From an uncultured Solirubrobacterales bacterium (GTDB lineage: Bacteria > Actinomycetota > Thermoleophilia > Solirubrobacterales > 70-9), in contig CAVYOA010000006.1 in assembly GCA_963769945.1 (NCBI GenBank), forward strand, positions 10,040 through 74,039: 64,000 nucleotides of DNA, read 5' to 3'. The notes below the pieces were generated by a model, which was not told where the DNA came from, searched no databases, and was given only the letters and a program-made list of their open reading frames with translations. The stretch's first letter is position 1. Each line of letters starts with the position of its first letter. Below are positions 20,039 to 29,487 of the stretch, one piece after another. Made by a program: the position numbers and the translations under genes.

Positions 20039-20620
20039 CTACCCGTAGAGGCCTTGGCCGGTGAGCAGCAGGCGCGCGGTGCGCGCCAGGATCTTCAGGT
20101 CGAGCGCCGGTGTGCGGTGTTCGACGTAGTGAACGTCGAGCTCGATTCGCTGCGCCCAGGGGATCTCGGCGCGGCCGTTCACCTGCGCCCAGCCGGTGAT
20201 CCCCGGCTTGACCTCGAGCCGGCGCCGCTGATGCGGCGTGTAGTCGACAACCTGTGCGCGCAGCGTCGGTCTCGGGCCGACGATCGCCATCTCGCCTGAG
20301 ATCACGTTGATCAAGTTCGGTAGCTCATCGAGCGAGAAGCGACGCAGCCAGTACCCGGCGCGGGTCACCCGCGGGTCGTCGGCATAGACGGGAGTGCCGA
20401 CGCCCACCGGGTCGTTGCCGGTGTGCATCGTGCGCAGCTTGAACAGCTCGAACTCCTCCCCGTTTCGGCCCGCGCGCGCGGCCTTGTAAAAGACGGGACC
20501 AGGAGAACCGAGCTTGATCGCGATCGCAGCGGCGAGCAACACCGGCGCGCTGACCAGCAACGCGGCGCTGGCGATCAGCAGATCGGCCCACCGCGGCAAA
20601 CCCTTCGAGCGCCGGCTCAC
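20039..20620 (-). CDS. polyprenyl-phosphate sugar phosphotransferase (bacterial sugar transferase, PglC/WbaP C-terminal type)
   Basis: Contains VFYKAARAGRNGEEFELFKLRTM and DELPNLINVISGEMAIVGPRP. I prefer the GTG at 20620, which overlaps the upstream GT2 stop (GTGA), over the ORF-track ATG at 20677. Confidence 0.85.
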   Translation of the reverse strand: MSRRSKGLPRWADLLIASAALLVSAPVLLAAAIAIKLGSPGPVFYKAARAGRNGEEFELFKLRTMHTGNDPVGVGTPVYADDPRVTRAGYWLRRFSLDELPNLINVISGEMAIVGPRPTLRAQVVDYTPHQRRRLEVKPGITGWAQVNGRAEIPWAQRIELDVHYVEHRTPALDLKILARTARLLLTGQGLYG

Positions 20621-21747
20621 CTCGTCCCCTCCGCCTTCTCCCAAGCGCCGGGAGTACCCAGCCGGATCCGGTCCCAAAACCCCATCGCGATCGATGCGGT
20701 GACGAGCACGTAGTAGCGCGCAAGTCGCAGTGGTCGCGCCGGGATCGTTTCCGCCAGCGCGGCGGCGAGCAGCAGCGCGGCCTGAATCGCCAGCGTGGCG
20801 ACGTAGATCGGCGACTCGCCCACAAGCGCGATGTTTGCCGCCAGCGCGGCGAGGTGAAGCAGCGGCGACGCGTAGCGCAGGGCGCGGTGACTGGCGATCT
20901 CAAACGCATAGAGCGGGCGATAACCACGCGGGGAGAGCATGCCGTCGCCGATCACCTCGTCGAAGAGCCCGCGCATCATCCGTCGCTTGCGCGCGAACTC
21001 ACCCTCGGTGCTGGCGACCATCTTCTCCGCGGCGACGGCCGCCGGTGCATAGACGGCGCGACGCCCGCGCTTGGCGAGCATGAACGGAAACGAGAGGTCA
21101 TGGCTGGCGGCTTCGTGGAGCGGGATGTAGTCGCTTGCGCGCACCGCGTAGATCGCACCGTTGCCGGCGGTGACGCCGCCGAGGCGCGACTCGAGCAAGC
21201 GGATCGCCATCTCATAGCGCCAGTAGACGCCCTCCTGGTTCGAGCCGCCTTGCTCTGCAAAGCGAACCTGGCCGCAGACGTAGGCGACGTCGTCGTCGCT
21301 GAACGGGGCAATCAGCTCACGCAGGGCATCGGGCGACCATGTCGCGTTGGCGTCGGAGAAGGCGAGGATCTCGCCTGTGGCGCGCTCGGCGGCTGCGTTC
21401 TGAGCGCCGATCTTGCCGCTGCGCGGCAGGTCCAAGACGATGTCGGCGCCGGCGCTTCGGGCGAGATCGGCGGTGGCGTCCGCAGAGCCGTCTGAGGCCA
21501 CGATCAGCTCGAGCAGCTCGCGCGGATAGTCGAGCGCGCGGGCGTTGGCGACTTTGGCCGCGATCACCTGCTCCTCGTCGTGGGCGGTGACGATCAGCGA
21601 GACACGCGGGGTGGCGGTCGTCGAGGGCGCATGGTCATGGCGTGACGGGCGGATACGGGCGACGAGCGCCAGCACCAGCGGATAGCCGATGTGGGTGTAG
21701 ACGAGCAGCCCAGCGCAGAGCCAGAAGACGATCTCGACGGCGACCAT
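20617..21747 (-). CDS. family 2 glycosyltransferase (membrane-associated)
   Basis: Has VSLIVTAHDEEQVI, ASDGSADAT and FSDANATW (DXD-like), with a C-terminal TM region. I chose the ATG at 21747 (MVAVEIV) because the upstream GT1 stop is at 21755-21757. Confidence 0.85.
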   Translation of the reverse strand: MVAVEIVFWLCAGLLVYTHIGYPLVLALVARIRPSRHDHAPSTTATPRVSLIVTAHDEEQVIAAKVANARALDYPRELLELIVASDGSADATADLARSAGADIVLDLPRSGKIGAQNAAAERATGEILAFSDANATWSPDALRELIAPFSDDDVAYVCGQVRFAEQGGSNQEGVYWRYEMAIRLLESRLGGVTAGNGAIYAVRASDYIPLHEAASHDLSFPFMLAKRGRRAVYAPAAVAAEKMVASTEGEFARKRRMMRGLFDEVIGDGMLSPRGYRPLYAFEIASHRALRYASPLLHLAALAANIALVGESPIYVATLAIQAALLLAAALAETIPARPLRLARYYVLVTASIAMGFWDRIRLGTPGAWEKAEGTR

Positions 21748-21754
21748 CGGGCGA

Positions 21755-22863
21755 TTATCCGCGCACGACGCGGCGGTAGACGTCGAGTGTGCGCTCGGCG
21801 ATCGCTGGCCATGAGTACTCACCCGACGTCGCGACCTTCGCCGCTGCGCTAAGCGCCTCGCGCGCCGCCGGGTCGGCGATCAACTCGCAGAGCGCGGCGC
21901 CGAGCTCGGTCGCGTTGCCGGGCTCGGCAAGGCGGATCGCCCCTGTCTCGGCGACCTCGCTGAAGCCGCCAACGCCGCTGGCGACGATCGGCTTGGCGAA
22001 GGCAAGCGCGGTGTAGAGAACGCCCGACTGCTCGATTCGCCGGTAGGGCAGCGCGACGACGTCGGCACGCCGAAAGTAGGCCGGCAGCTCGGGATCGGTG
22101 ATGAAGCGAGAGACGAAGCGGACGCGACCCTCGACAGCTTGCGGCGAGGCGCTCGTACTCGGAGAGATCCATCCGCGGCATGCCGACGACCCACAGCTCG
22201 GCGCCCTCGACGGCGCGGAAGGCCTCGATCAGGACGTCGACGCCCTTGTAGGGGCGAATCAGGCCGAAGAAGAGAATCACCGGACCCTCGACGGCGGCGA
22301 GCTCGGGCGGCAGCGGCTGCTCGTTGGCCTGGTGGGTGAGGTGGTCAAAGGCACCGTGAGGGACGCGGTGAAGGTGGGAGCGGTCGATCCCGGCCGCAGC
22401 GAGGCTCTCGACCCCCGCCGAGGAGTGGGAGATGACGGCGTCCATGCGCTTCAGCAGGCGCAGCCAAGCTCGATGCTCGCGACCGGCCTCGGGCAGGGGG
22501 TCGTGCATCGTGAACACGAGCGGGCGGCGCGGCAGCAGGTGGCGATCAAGCGCTGGGAACGCTTGCCCACTGCATGTGGACGATGTCGGCATCGCGGGAG
22601 TGGGACCGGAGCCGGCGCATGCCCGGGACGTGCTCGACCAGGCGCAGGGCGCGGCGGCGCGGATCATCGGCTCCCCGTCGCGAGGCGCGTGGATAGAACA
22701 GCTCGTTGACTAAATAGCCCTCGGCCGCGGGCACGGGGCCGTAGGGAAAGCGCGTCGTGACCAGCTCAACATCGGCGCCCGCGGCGGCCAGCGCCGCGCA
22801 CAAGGCGCGGTCGTAAGGTGGCGTGTAGGCGGGAGGATCGACAACTTGGACGCGCATCGGCAA
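21755..22863 (-). pseudogene. family 1 (GT4-like) glycosyltransferase, 2 frameshifts
   Basis: The N-terminus is in ORF 22546..22863 (MRVQVVDPPAYTPPYDRAL...DADIVHMQW). The middle is in ORF 21849..22667 (PLVFTMHDPLPE...VILFFGLIRPYKGVD...WVVGMP). The C-terminus is in an M-less frame (RVRFVSRFITDPELPAYFRRADVVALPYRRIEQSGVLYTALAFAKPIVASGVGGFSEV...RTLDVYRRVVRG-TAA at 21755). Shifts lie near 22560 and 22140. Confidence 0.7.
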
Positions 22864-22873
22864 CGATTCTCGC

Positions 22874-23821
22874 GTGGATCTGACCTACTGCGTCGTCAAC
22901 ACCAACGGGCGGGAAGACCTTCTCGCCTGTCTCGAGGCGATCGCGAGCACGCATCCGCCCGAGCTCGAGGCCGAGTTGCTGGTGCTCGACAACGCCTCCG
23001 AGGATGATTCCGCGGCGGCGGTTCGCGAGTGGGCGTCGGGCCGGCAGGGGGTTGGCGGAGACCTGCGCCTGATCGAGCTCGAGCGGCGAACGGGCAAGGC
23101 GGCCAACGACTCACAGCTATTGAGTGAGGCGCGTGGGGAGCTCTGCCTGTTGCTGAACGAGGACTCGGAGCTGCGACCGGGAGCGGTGGCGGCACTCGTG
23201 TCGGCGTTGCGCTCCGACCTCGCGGCCGTGGCTGCCGGAGCTCAACTGCTGGCGCCAGACGGGACGCCCCAGCCCTGCGCCTGGCGGCTGCCCGGGGTGA
23301 TCACCTCGATCGCCGGCGCGCTGTTTATGCATCGCGTCTTCGTAGTCCAGAGTGGCGGCGAGCGCACGCGCGAGGTCGGCTGGGTGCAGTCGGCGGCGAT
23401 GCTCGTGCGCCGCGACTCGGCCGAGCAGGTGGGCTACCTCGACCCGGCCTTTTTCGTCTACTCCGACGAGACCGACTTCTGCAAGCGCCTTCATGACGCC
23501 GGCGGGCGCGTCCTCTACGTGCCGGCAGCGCAAGCCGTTCACCACGAGCAACTCGCGACCGATCGAGAGGCGGGTCAGCGACGGCTGGTCGAGTTTCACC
23601 GCAATCGCGATCTCTACATGCGAAAGCATCATGGGGCGGTCGTTGCCGCGGTCGCGCGAGGGTTATCGGCCTGGAGCTACGGAGTTCGGGCGCTTGTCGC
23701 AACCGTTATCCCCAGACAGGACGCGAGCTGGTACCGAGCCCACGCTCGCGCGGCGATGTGGCCCCGGCGGGGTGAGGGCCTGCGGGAGGCGGCCGCGCGA
23801 CGCAATGCTCGATTGGGTTGA
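22874..23821 (+). CDS. family 2 glycosyltransferase
   Basis: 315-aa intact ORF with a GTG start. CVVNTNGREDLLACLEAI, LVLDNASEDDS and LLNEDSEL (DXD) are typical of GT2 rhamnosyl/galactosyl-transferase-like enzymes. Divergent from the GT1 gene. Confidence 0.8.
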   Translation: MDLTYCVVNTNGREDLLACLEAIASTHPPELEAELLVLDNASEDDSAAAVREWASGRQGVGGDLRLIELERRTGKAANDSQLLSEARGELCLLLNEDSELRPGAVAALVSALRSDLAAVAAGAQLLAPDGTPQPCAWRLPGVITSIAGALFMHRVFVVQSGGERTREVGWVQSAAMLVRRDSAEQVGYLDPAFFVYSDETDFCKRLHDAGGRVLYVPAAQAVHHEQLATDREAGQRRLVEFHRNRDLYMRKHHGAVVAAVARGLSAWSYGVRALVATVIPRQDASWYRAHARAAMWPRRGEGLREAAARRNARLG

Positions 23822-23928
23822 GTCGGCGTGCGTGGCGCCCTAGTCGGGAATGGCGCGAGGTGAGCGCCCGACCCGATCTCGTCGGCTGGATGCGAGATGG
23901 GCGTCTTGGCGGAAGCTAGGCTGCACGC

Positions 23929-24387
23929 GTGGCATTCAGCACCGCCGAAGGGCGCGCGCAGATCCTGGGCGACTTCGGCACCGCGATCGACGAAATCGCG
24001 CTCGCTTCGGCCTGCCTGAGCGAGGCCTACGAGCAGCTCGACCCGACTACGGCAGATCGGCTCGAGGACGAGCTCTACCGACCCGTACAGCGAGCTCTGG
24101 GACGAGCGAAACGCACTCAGGCAGGGTTCGCGGAGCGGATTGGGCACGACCTGCCCGTTTCGGAGCTTGCCGAACCGAGTCTCCGCCGCCTGACCGTCAA
24201 GGAGATGATCCAGCGCGCCGTCACCGCAACCTCCGATGCCGGCCGCCAGATCGCCGAGCTTCAGGACACGATGCTGCCGATCGAAGTCGGCGACGGCGAG
24301 CTTCGCGCTGGCCTAGCTGAGGTGCGGGAGCTGCTGGGGGTGTTGTCGGAGCGCGCACCACAGTTCCTGCGCGGGCTCGGGCGCTAG
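23929..24387 (+). CDS. hypothetical protein (helical, no recognised family)
   Basis: 152-aa ORF with a GTG start. Its amino-acid composition is protein-like and it has no better competing frame. No motif recognised. Confidence 0.45.
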   Translation: MAFSTAEGRAQILGDFGTAIDEIALASACLSEAYEQLDPTTADRLEDELYRPVQRALGRAKRTQAGFAERIGHDLPVSELAEPSLRRLTVKEMIQRAVTATSDAGRQIAELQDTMLPIEVGDGELRAGLAEVRELLGVLSERAPQFLRGLGR

Positions 24388-24403
24388 CGCGTCTCGGGCG
24401 GCC

Positions 24404-24706
24404 TTAGCCCTGCTCCGAAACCCAGGCCAGGATCGCTCGCGAGTGGGTGATGACGGTCCCGTCGGCCAGCTTGAGTGCAGGAAGCTTGGTCTCGCCAGTC
24501 GCCTCGCGCAACTCGTCGCGTGAGCCCTTGCGCAGGAACGGGATCGGATGGCCGTGCCCGGCGATCACCTTGTCGTACTCGATCCCCGCAGAGCGCAGCG
24601 CCTCTTGAACCCGTCGACAAGGGTGGATCCCCGGCCCACCGTCATCGCCGTGGCAGACGAACAGCGTCGGCGACTCGCGCGAACTTGAGTCCCTGAGTCC
24701 CTCCAT
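24404..24706 (-). CDS. glutaredoxin/GST-N-terminal-like thioredoxin-fold protein
   Basis: C-terminal 100 aa of ORF 24404..24937, from the ATG at 24706 (alternative at 24718). TLFVCHGDDGGPGIHPCRRVQEALRSAGIEYDKV...KLPALKLADGTVITHSRAILAWV matches the actinobacterial GST_N_3-like small proteins. Confidence 0.6.
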   Translation of the reverse strand: MEGLRDSSSRESPTLFVCHGDDGGPGIHPCRRVQEALRSAGIEYDKVIAGHGHPIPFLRKGSRDELREATGETKLPALKLADGTVITHSRAILAWVSEQG

Positions 24707-24935
24707 GCAGAGACCCATATTGACCGATACTTCATCGGTGTCGCAAAGCAGCGCTCGCATCGAAAAAACAAGCTCGCGCTTCGCTTTGTGTTTCGCGATG
24801 GGCTCGTCATTCGCCTGGAGGTCCTGGGTGGAGGTTCGACGTTCGACGAGGCGCTGGAGGCCGAGGGACTGTCGGGCTAGAAGACCGTCATATGAGCTGG
24901 CCTCCAAGTTCCGCGCAGGCGGGTAGAGGGCGAGC

Positions 24936-25334
24936 ATGGCTTTGAGGAAACGGTCGAACCGAATCGGCGCCGATGACAGGGTCGCAATCGGATTCGCCTT
25001 TGCCCGAGTCGCCTACGCCGCGGCCTTGATCGCTGTTCCGAGCAAGGCCGGAGGACCGTGGCTAGGGGATGCGATCGACGGTGGTGGCGGTCGCGTTGCT
25101 GCGCGGGCGCTGGTCGCTCGCGATGGCTTGGTCTCCGTTGGCCTGGCGCGCGCGGCGTGGCGCAGAGAGCCATTGCGTCCCTGGCTCGCGGTATTGGTCG
25201 CAAGCGACCTCGCTGACATCGGCTCGACGCTCGCCGAGCGTGCGAACTTGCCCGATCACTCCGCGCCGGGAACTGTGGTGCTCGCCGGAGCCGCAGCGGT
25301 CGTCGGCGTGGTGCTGTTTCGAAGCTCGAACTGA
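24936..25334 (+). CDS. hypothetical small membrane protein
   Basis: 132-aa ORF with 3-4 hydrophobic segments (VAIGFAFARVAYAAALIAV, WLAVLVASDLADIG, VVLAGAAAVVGVVLF). No family recognised. Confidence 0.4.
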   Translation: MALRKRSNRIGADDRVAIGFAFARVAYAAALIAVPSKAGGPWLGDAIDGGGGRVAARALVARDGLVSVGLARAAWRREPLRPWLAVLVASDLADIGSTLAERANLPDHSAPGTVVLAGAAAVVGVVLFRSSN

Positions 25335-25359
25335 GCGCGAGCCGACGTACACTTGCTCC

Positions 25360-25602
25360 ATGAACGAGGCTGAAGCTCGGGAAGCCTGCGTAGGGCTCGC
25401 CGCCGAGCATCCAGACCGTGCCACTCACCAGTGGCACCCTCGCCGAGAGGCTGACGGTTCGTGGTCGGTGATGAAGATCGCGCTCGCGCCGACTGGCCCC
25501 TCGACTGCGGAGACGCGCGCAGAAGCAAAGCCCCCAACGGGAGATGATCCGCGGTCTCCGGCGATGCGAGACCTCGGGCCGAATGTGGGGCCGGGCATCT
25601 AA
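25360..25602 (+). CDS. small conserved-looking hypothetical protein
   Basis: 80 codons from the ATG at 25360 in the frame of ORF 25069..25602 (MNEAEAREACVGLAAEHPDRATHQWHPRREADGSWSVMKIALAP...). It resembles a small actinobacterial protein family I cannot name. Confidence 0.4.
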   Translation: MNEAEAREACVGLAAEHPDRATHQWHPRREADGSWSVMKIALAPTGPSTAETRAEAKPPTGDDPRSPAMRDLGPNVGPGI

Positions 25603-25636
25603 CGCCCGCTGCCCCTCGACCACGAAGGAGAAGTCA

Positions 25637-25846
25637 ATGAAGCTGAGCGCGCGCAACCAGATCCCGGCCGAGGTGGTCGCGATCACTCATGGCGAGGCGA
25701 TCGCGAACGTCGAGATGAACGCCAACGGCCAGCGGATCGTCTCCTCGATTACGGTCGAGGCGGTGCGCGAGCTCGGCCTCGCCGAGGGCAGCGAGGTGAT
25801 TGCGATCGTCAAGGCATCTGACGTCATGGTGGCGACCCGGGATTAG
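25637..25846 (+). CDS. molybdopterin-binding (Mop/TOBE) domain protein
   Basis: ATG at 25637, preceded by the strong SD GAAGGAG (25624-25630). MKLSARNQIPAEVVAITHGEAIANVEM...IVSSITVEAVRELGLAEGSEVIAIVKASDVMVA is a canonical single TOBE/Mop domain (69 aa). Confidence 0.8.
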   Translation: MKLSARNQIPAEVVAITHGEAIANVEMNANGQRIVSSITVEAVRELGLAEGSEVIAIVKASDVMVATRD

Positions 25847-25945
25847 TCTGGGTTCGAGGGATCACGAGGGTGAGACGAGCTGGCTGGATCGCGGGTCCCC
25901 CGGCTCGCTCCTCTGGGTCTACCTGCTTGGTGCGGGCGCCGTAGC

Positions 25946-27556
25946 TCAGAGCCGGTCCTCGTCGCGCCTGACCTGCTCGTAGATCTCGGCGGAGCTCCCG
26001 GACCCGCTCGCCTCGGCGTCCCGATCGGCGGTGCTCAGCGTCCGCAGTCGCTTTCGCACCTCCGACGGGCGCAGCAAGGCCCGCAGCACCCGGCGCTCAT
26101 CCACGCTGAGAAACCCGGTCACCCAGAGCACGACTGGCAGCGCCAGCCAGACCAGCGTTCGCAACAAGAACCCGTCCACGCCCTCGGTCGGCAAGAGCAG
26201 CTCGCCGCCAGCGACCAGGCCGCCGGTCACCGCGACCAACAGCGCCAGCCTTCCCCACTCGTACGGCACCGGGAACAGTCGCTGCGTAACGACGTACATC
26301 GCCGCCAGGATCACGAGATACGAGGCAACAAGGGCGATACCGGCGCCGACGATGCCGAGCGGCGGGATCAGGATCAGGTTCAAGACGATGTTGACCGCGG
26401 TGCCGGCGATCGTGGCGGGCAAGTTGAACTCGGTGCGCCCGGTACGCCCGAGAATCACGACGAGCACGAGGTAGAGCGCGTAGAGGGCGATCCCGGTGGT
26501 CAGCAGGCCGACCGCCTCGTAGGCCTCGAAGTACTCCGGTGCCGCCAGCAGATCGACGATCCACCGTGACAGCAACCAGAGCCCGGCGACCACGAACGCG
26601 CACACCGCGGCGAACCAGGTGAAGACCAGGCTGTAGGCCCGCCGCGCCTCGTCGTCGTCGGCGATCGAATACGCCAGCGGCGGCCAGGCGAGCTGAAAGC
26701 CTCGCGCGAGCACGTTCATGCCCTGGGCAAACTTGATCGCCAGCGCGTACAGACCCGCCTCGGCGAGACCGGCGAGGCGAACGATGAGGATGCGGTCGAT
26801 GAAGTTGAGCGAGTAGAGCGAGAGCTCGGCCGGCATCGTCGGCAATCCGAAGCGAACCATGCGACGCAGCAGTGGCCCGTCCCAGACGAGCGCGAGGCGC
26901 CGCCACTCGACCGCGACACGCCACAGCAGAAACGCCGCGCCGGTACCGAAGCTGCCGAGCAGGATGCCCGCCGCTCCCTGGTCTTCGACGACCACGAGCC
27001 AGACGGTTACGGGGATCGTCGCGATCACATTGGCCACCGTGATCGCGAAATAGGCGCGAGCGCGCTCGTCGAGTCGCAGCAGGGTCAGTACGTACTCCCA
27101 CAACGTCAGCGTCCACAGTCCGAGGACGGCCAGACGCGCGAGCTCGGCGTCAGGCTGGTCGAGCAGCGCCTCAGAGATCGGCTCGGCGAAGGCCAGCAGG
27201 ATTAGCGAGCCCGCTGTCGTCGCCCAGAACAGAGCCGCGAAACCTGTCGAGACCACACGACTTGCAAACTCCGCGCCCTCACCTGAACCGGCCGCCCCCG
27301 GAGGCGAAGCCGAGGAGGCGGGCGGAACGTTAGGTGTTGCGTAGTAGAAGCGCAGCAGCGACTCGATCAGGCCGAAGCGGATGACGATGCTGGCGGCGAT
27401 CACCGAGGCCAGCATCACCTCGGCGGCGCCGTAGTCGGCGGGCGACAGTGCTGCCGTGTAGATCGGCAGCAGGAAGACCGCGATCAGCTTCGAGAAGACG
27501 CTCGCCGCTGTATACGCGGCTCCCGTGGTTGCGAGCCGGCGCAGGTAGTCGAACAC
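25946..27556 (-). CDS. polysaccharide/oligosaccharide flippase (Wzx/MOP superfamily)
   Basis: 536-aa intact ORF with about 12-14 TM helices and an N-terminal LATTGAAYTAASVFSKLIAVFLLPIYTAALSPADYG typical of Polysacc_synt. Its GTG start directly abuts the upstream stop (TAAGTG). Confidence 0.8.
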   Translation of the reverse strand: MFDYLRRLATTGAAYTAASVFSKLIAVFLLPIYTAALSPADYGAAEVMLASVIAASIVIRFGLIESLLRFYYATPNVPPASSASPPGAAGSGEGAEFASRVVSTGFAALFWATTAGSLILLAFAEPISEALLDQPDAELARLAVLGLWTLTLWEYVLTLLRLDERARAYFAITVANVIATIPVTVWLVVVEDQGAAGILLGSFGTGAAFLLWRVAVEWRRLALVWDGPLLRRMVRFGLPTMPAELSLYSLNFIDRILIVRLAGLAEAGLYALAIKFAQGMNVLARGFQLAWPPLAYSIADDDEARRAYSLVFTWFAAVCAFVVAGLWLLSRWIVDLLAAPEYFEAYEAVGLLTTGIALYALYLVLVVILGRTGRTEFNLPATIAGTAVNIVLNLILIPPLGIVGAGIALVASYLVILAAMYVVTQRLFPVPYEWGRLALLVAVTGGLVAGGELLLPTEGVDGFLLRTLVWLALPVVLWVTGFLSVDERRVLRALLRPSEVRKRLRTLSTADRDAEASGSGSSAEIYEQVRRDEDRL

Positions 27557-29044
27557 TTAGTCTTGGATCGTCGCGCTTGGGTCGGGCGGATCGCGGCGCA
27601 GCGCGATCCCGAGCCCGAGCAGTGCCCAGGTCGCGGGGTCGGTGAGAAAGCCGGCGTAACCGAGGCTGTGAACGAGGATCGCTGCGAAGCAGGCGGCTAC
27701 CGTGCAGCGGGCCAGTGAGGCTCGAACGCCGCCGCCGAACAGGGTGGCGACGGCGGTCACGAGCAGCGCCGCATAAAGCACCAGCCCGATCACTCCCTGC
27801 TCCGCCGCGACGGTTATCGGCTCGGAGTGCGAGATCGCCGAGCGTGCCTGCTCGATCTCGTCGAAGAAGGCCTGGCCGAAAGCGCCCGAACCGTAGCCGA
27901 CCAGCGGCCGGTTGCCGAACAGCTCGAGGCCGCCGTCGACCAGCGACTCGCGCCCGCTGTCGATCGAGCGATAGTCCTGAATGTCGCTGGTCGGCGTGCC
28001 GCCGACCGCGACCAAGATGGCAAGCGCTACGAGCCCAAGGGCGACAGCCGCGAGCGCTCCGCGCCAGCTCCAGCGCAGCAAAGCGACGACGCCGAGGCCG
28101 GCGATCAGCGCCGCAAGCGAGGTGATCGAGTAGGTGAAGGCCAGGGCGACCAGCAAGACGCCGCAGACCACCACCGCGATCAGCGGTTCGCGCCGATCGC
28201 GCTGCCAGGCGATGAAGGCACCCAGGGCAACGATCGCCAGCGCCAGATAGCGGCCGAGAATGTTGGGGTCGAAGAAGATCGAGTTGACGCGGAAGTAGAC
28301 GTGAAGCTGGTTGGAATCGAACAGCTCGGGGTTGAGGAAGAGGTCGCCGGCTGCGTACTGGCCGATCGCGACGAGCGCGCACGCGAGCGCGACTGCGGCG
28401 ATCGCAATCAGCACCCGGCCCAGCAACCGGCGCGTCCACGTCACCTCGCTCAACAACACGGCCATGACCGCGAACGGAACCAGGAAGAAGCCGGTGTCCT
28501 CGATCGCGTTGGAAACGTCGTCGGAGTAGGCGGTCTGGATCGCGTAGAGGACGAGCGTCGCCGCCAGCGCGCGGCGCAGCCACAGGGGCCAGAACGTGTC
28601 GGTCATGCCCGAGGAGACAGCTCGAGATCCGCGTGCATCGAGCACGTAGGTGGCCACGCCCGCGGCGATGACGAGGTAGAGGGGCACCAACAGGTTCGCC
28701 TCCTCGCCGCCGACCTCAAGTGGGACTCGGAGCGCCAGCACGGCGAAGGCGGCAATCGGAAATGCCGTCGCGTACCGGCGAAAGACGACCGTGGTCGCCG
28801 CCAGCGCAACGGTGACGACGATCAGTCCGAGTGCCAGGGTCAGTGGGCTCTCGCGCAGATCGGCGACACGGGGCTCGTCCCAGACGCTGCCGGCGACGAT
28901 CAGCGGCGCCGAGGCGAAGGCGATCACCAGCGCGAGCGAGCGCACCCGCCGGTCGTCGGCGACCAGAGCGGTCGCCGTGGCCGTGCAGGCGACGAGGATC
29001 CCGAGCAGCTCGGGGACCGACGCGCTCAGTTGGGCTCCTCGCAA
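27557..29044 (-). CDS. O-antigen ligase / Wzy_C domain membrane protein
   Basis: 495-aa intact polytopic ORF. The periplasmic-loop region contains GYGSGAFGQAF...ISHSEPITVAAEQGVIGLVLY (H-x-E-x-G motif of Wzy_C). Confidence 0.75.
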   Translation of the reverse strand: MRGAQLSASVPELLGILVACTATATALVADDRRVRSLALVIAFASAPLIVAGSVWDEPRVADLRESPLTLALGLIVVTVALAATTVVFRRYATAFPIAAFAVLALRVPLEVGGEEANLLVPLYLVIAAGVATYVLDARGSRAVSSGMTDTFWPLWLRRALAATLVLYAIQTAYSDDVSNAIEDTGFFLVPFAVMAVLLSEVTWTRRLLGRVLIAIAAVALACALVAIGQYAAGDLFLNPELFDSNQLHVYFRVNSIFFDPNILGRYLALAIVALGAFIAWQRDRREPLIAVVVCGVLLVALAFTYSITSLAALIAGLGVVALLRWSWRGALAAVALGLVALAILVAVGGTPTSDIQDYRSIDSGRESLVDGGLELFGNRPLVGYGSGAFGQAFFDEIEQARSAISHSEPITVAAEQGVIGLVLYAALLVTAVATLFGGGVRASLARCTVAACFAAILVHSLGYAGFLTDPATWALLGLGIALRRDPPDPSATIQD

Positions 29045-29487
29045 AGCTCGTCAGCCTGCTGGGGGACGTCGAGGCCGATGCGCCGCGGCCAGATCATCCG
29101 GCGGTCTTCAGACGGCAGCGTCACGCCGAGGCGGTAGAGGCCTGGTGGCGCGGTCTCGCCGTCGGCGGTGCGCCCGTCCCAGCTGAACGAAACCTCCTCC
29201 TCGGGCTCCAGCGCCAGCTCCGAGGCGAGCGTGTAAACCGTGCGCTCGCGCGAGTCGACGATCGTGATTTGCGCCGCATCGTCGGCCTCGCGCACGAAGA
29301 AGCTGACGCGAACGCGGCCGCGTTTGCCGTCGAGCTCCGGTGAGAGCTCACGCGAGCACGGAGTCCAGCCCGTGACCTCGAGCACGAGATCTGGGGTACG
29401 AGCGCGAACGACGAGCACAGCAACCACGAGGCTCGCCACGAGCAGCGCTCCGAAGAGCAGCGCGGCGAGCGACAGCCGCTTCGTCAA
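29026..29487 (-). CDS. membrane-anchored Ig-like (FlgD-Ig/bacterial Ig fold) protein
   Basis: 153-aa intact ORF with an N-terminal TM helix. WDGRTADGETAPPGLYRLGVTL is typical of FlgD-Ig-like beta-sandwich domains. Confidence 0.5.
   Translation of the reverse strand: MTKRLSLAALLFGALLVASLVVAVLVVRARTPDLVLEVTGWTPCSRELSPELDGKRGRVRVSFFVREADDAAQITIVDSRERTVYTLASELALEPEEEVSFSWDGRTADGETAPPGLYRLGVTLPSEDRRMIWPRRIGLDVPQQADELCEEPN

Noticed and set aside
25500-25636. Possible molybdenum-cofactor (Moco) riboswitch upstream of the Mop/TOBE gene (CUCCGG / CCUCGGGCC elements).
   Set aside because: The resemblance to the CUCCGAGCC core is weak. The region is better explained as the 3' end of an 80-codon ORF, and only 34 nt separate it from the TOBE start.
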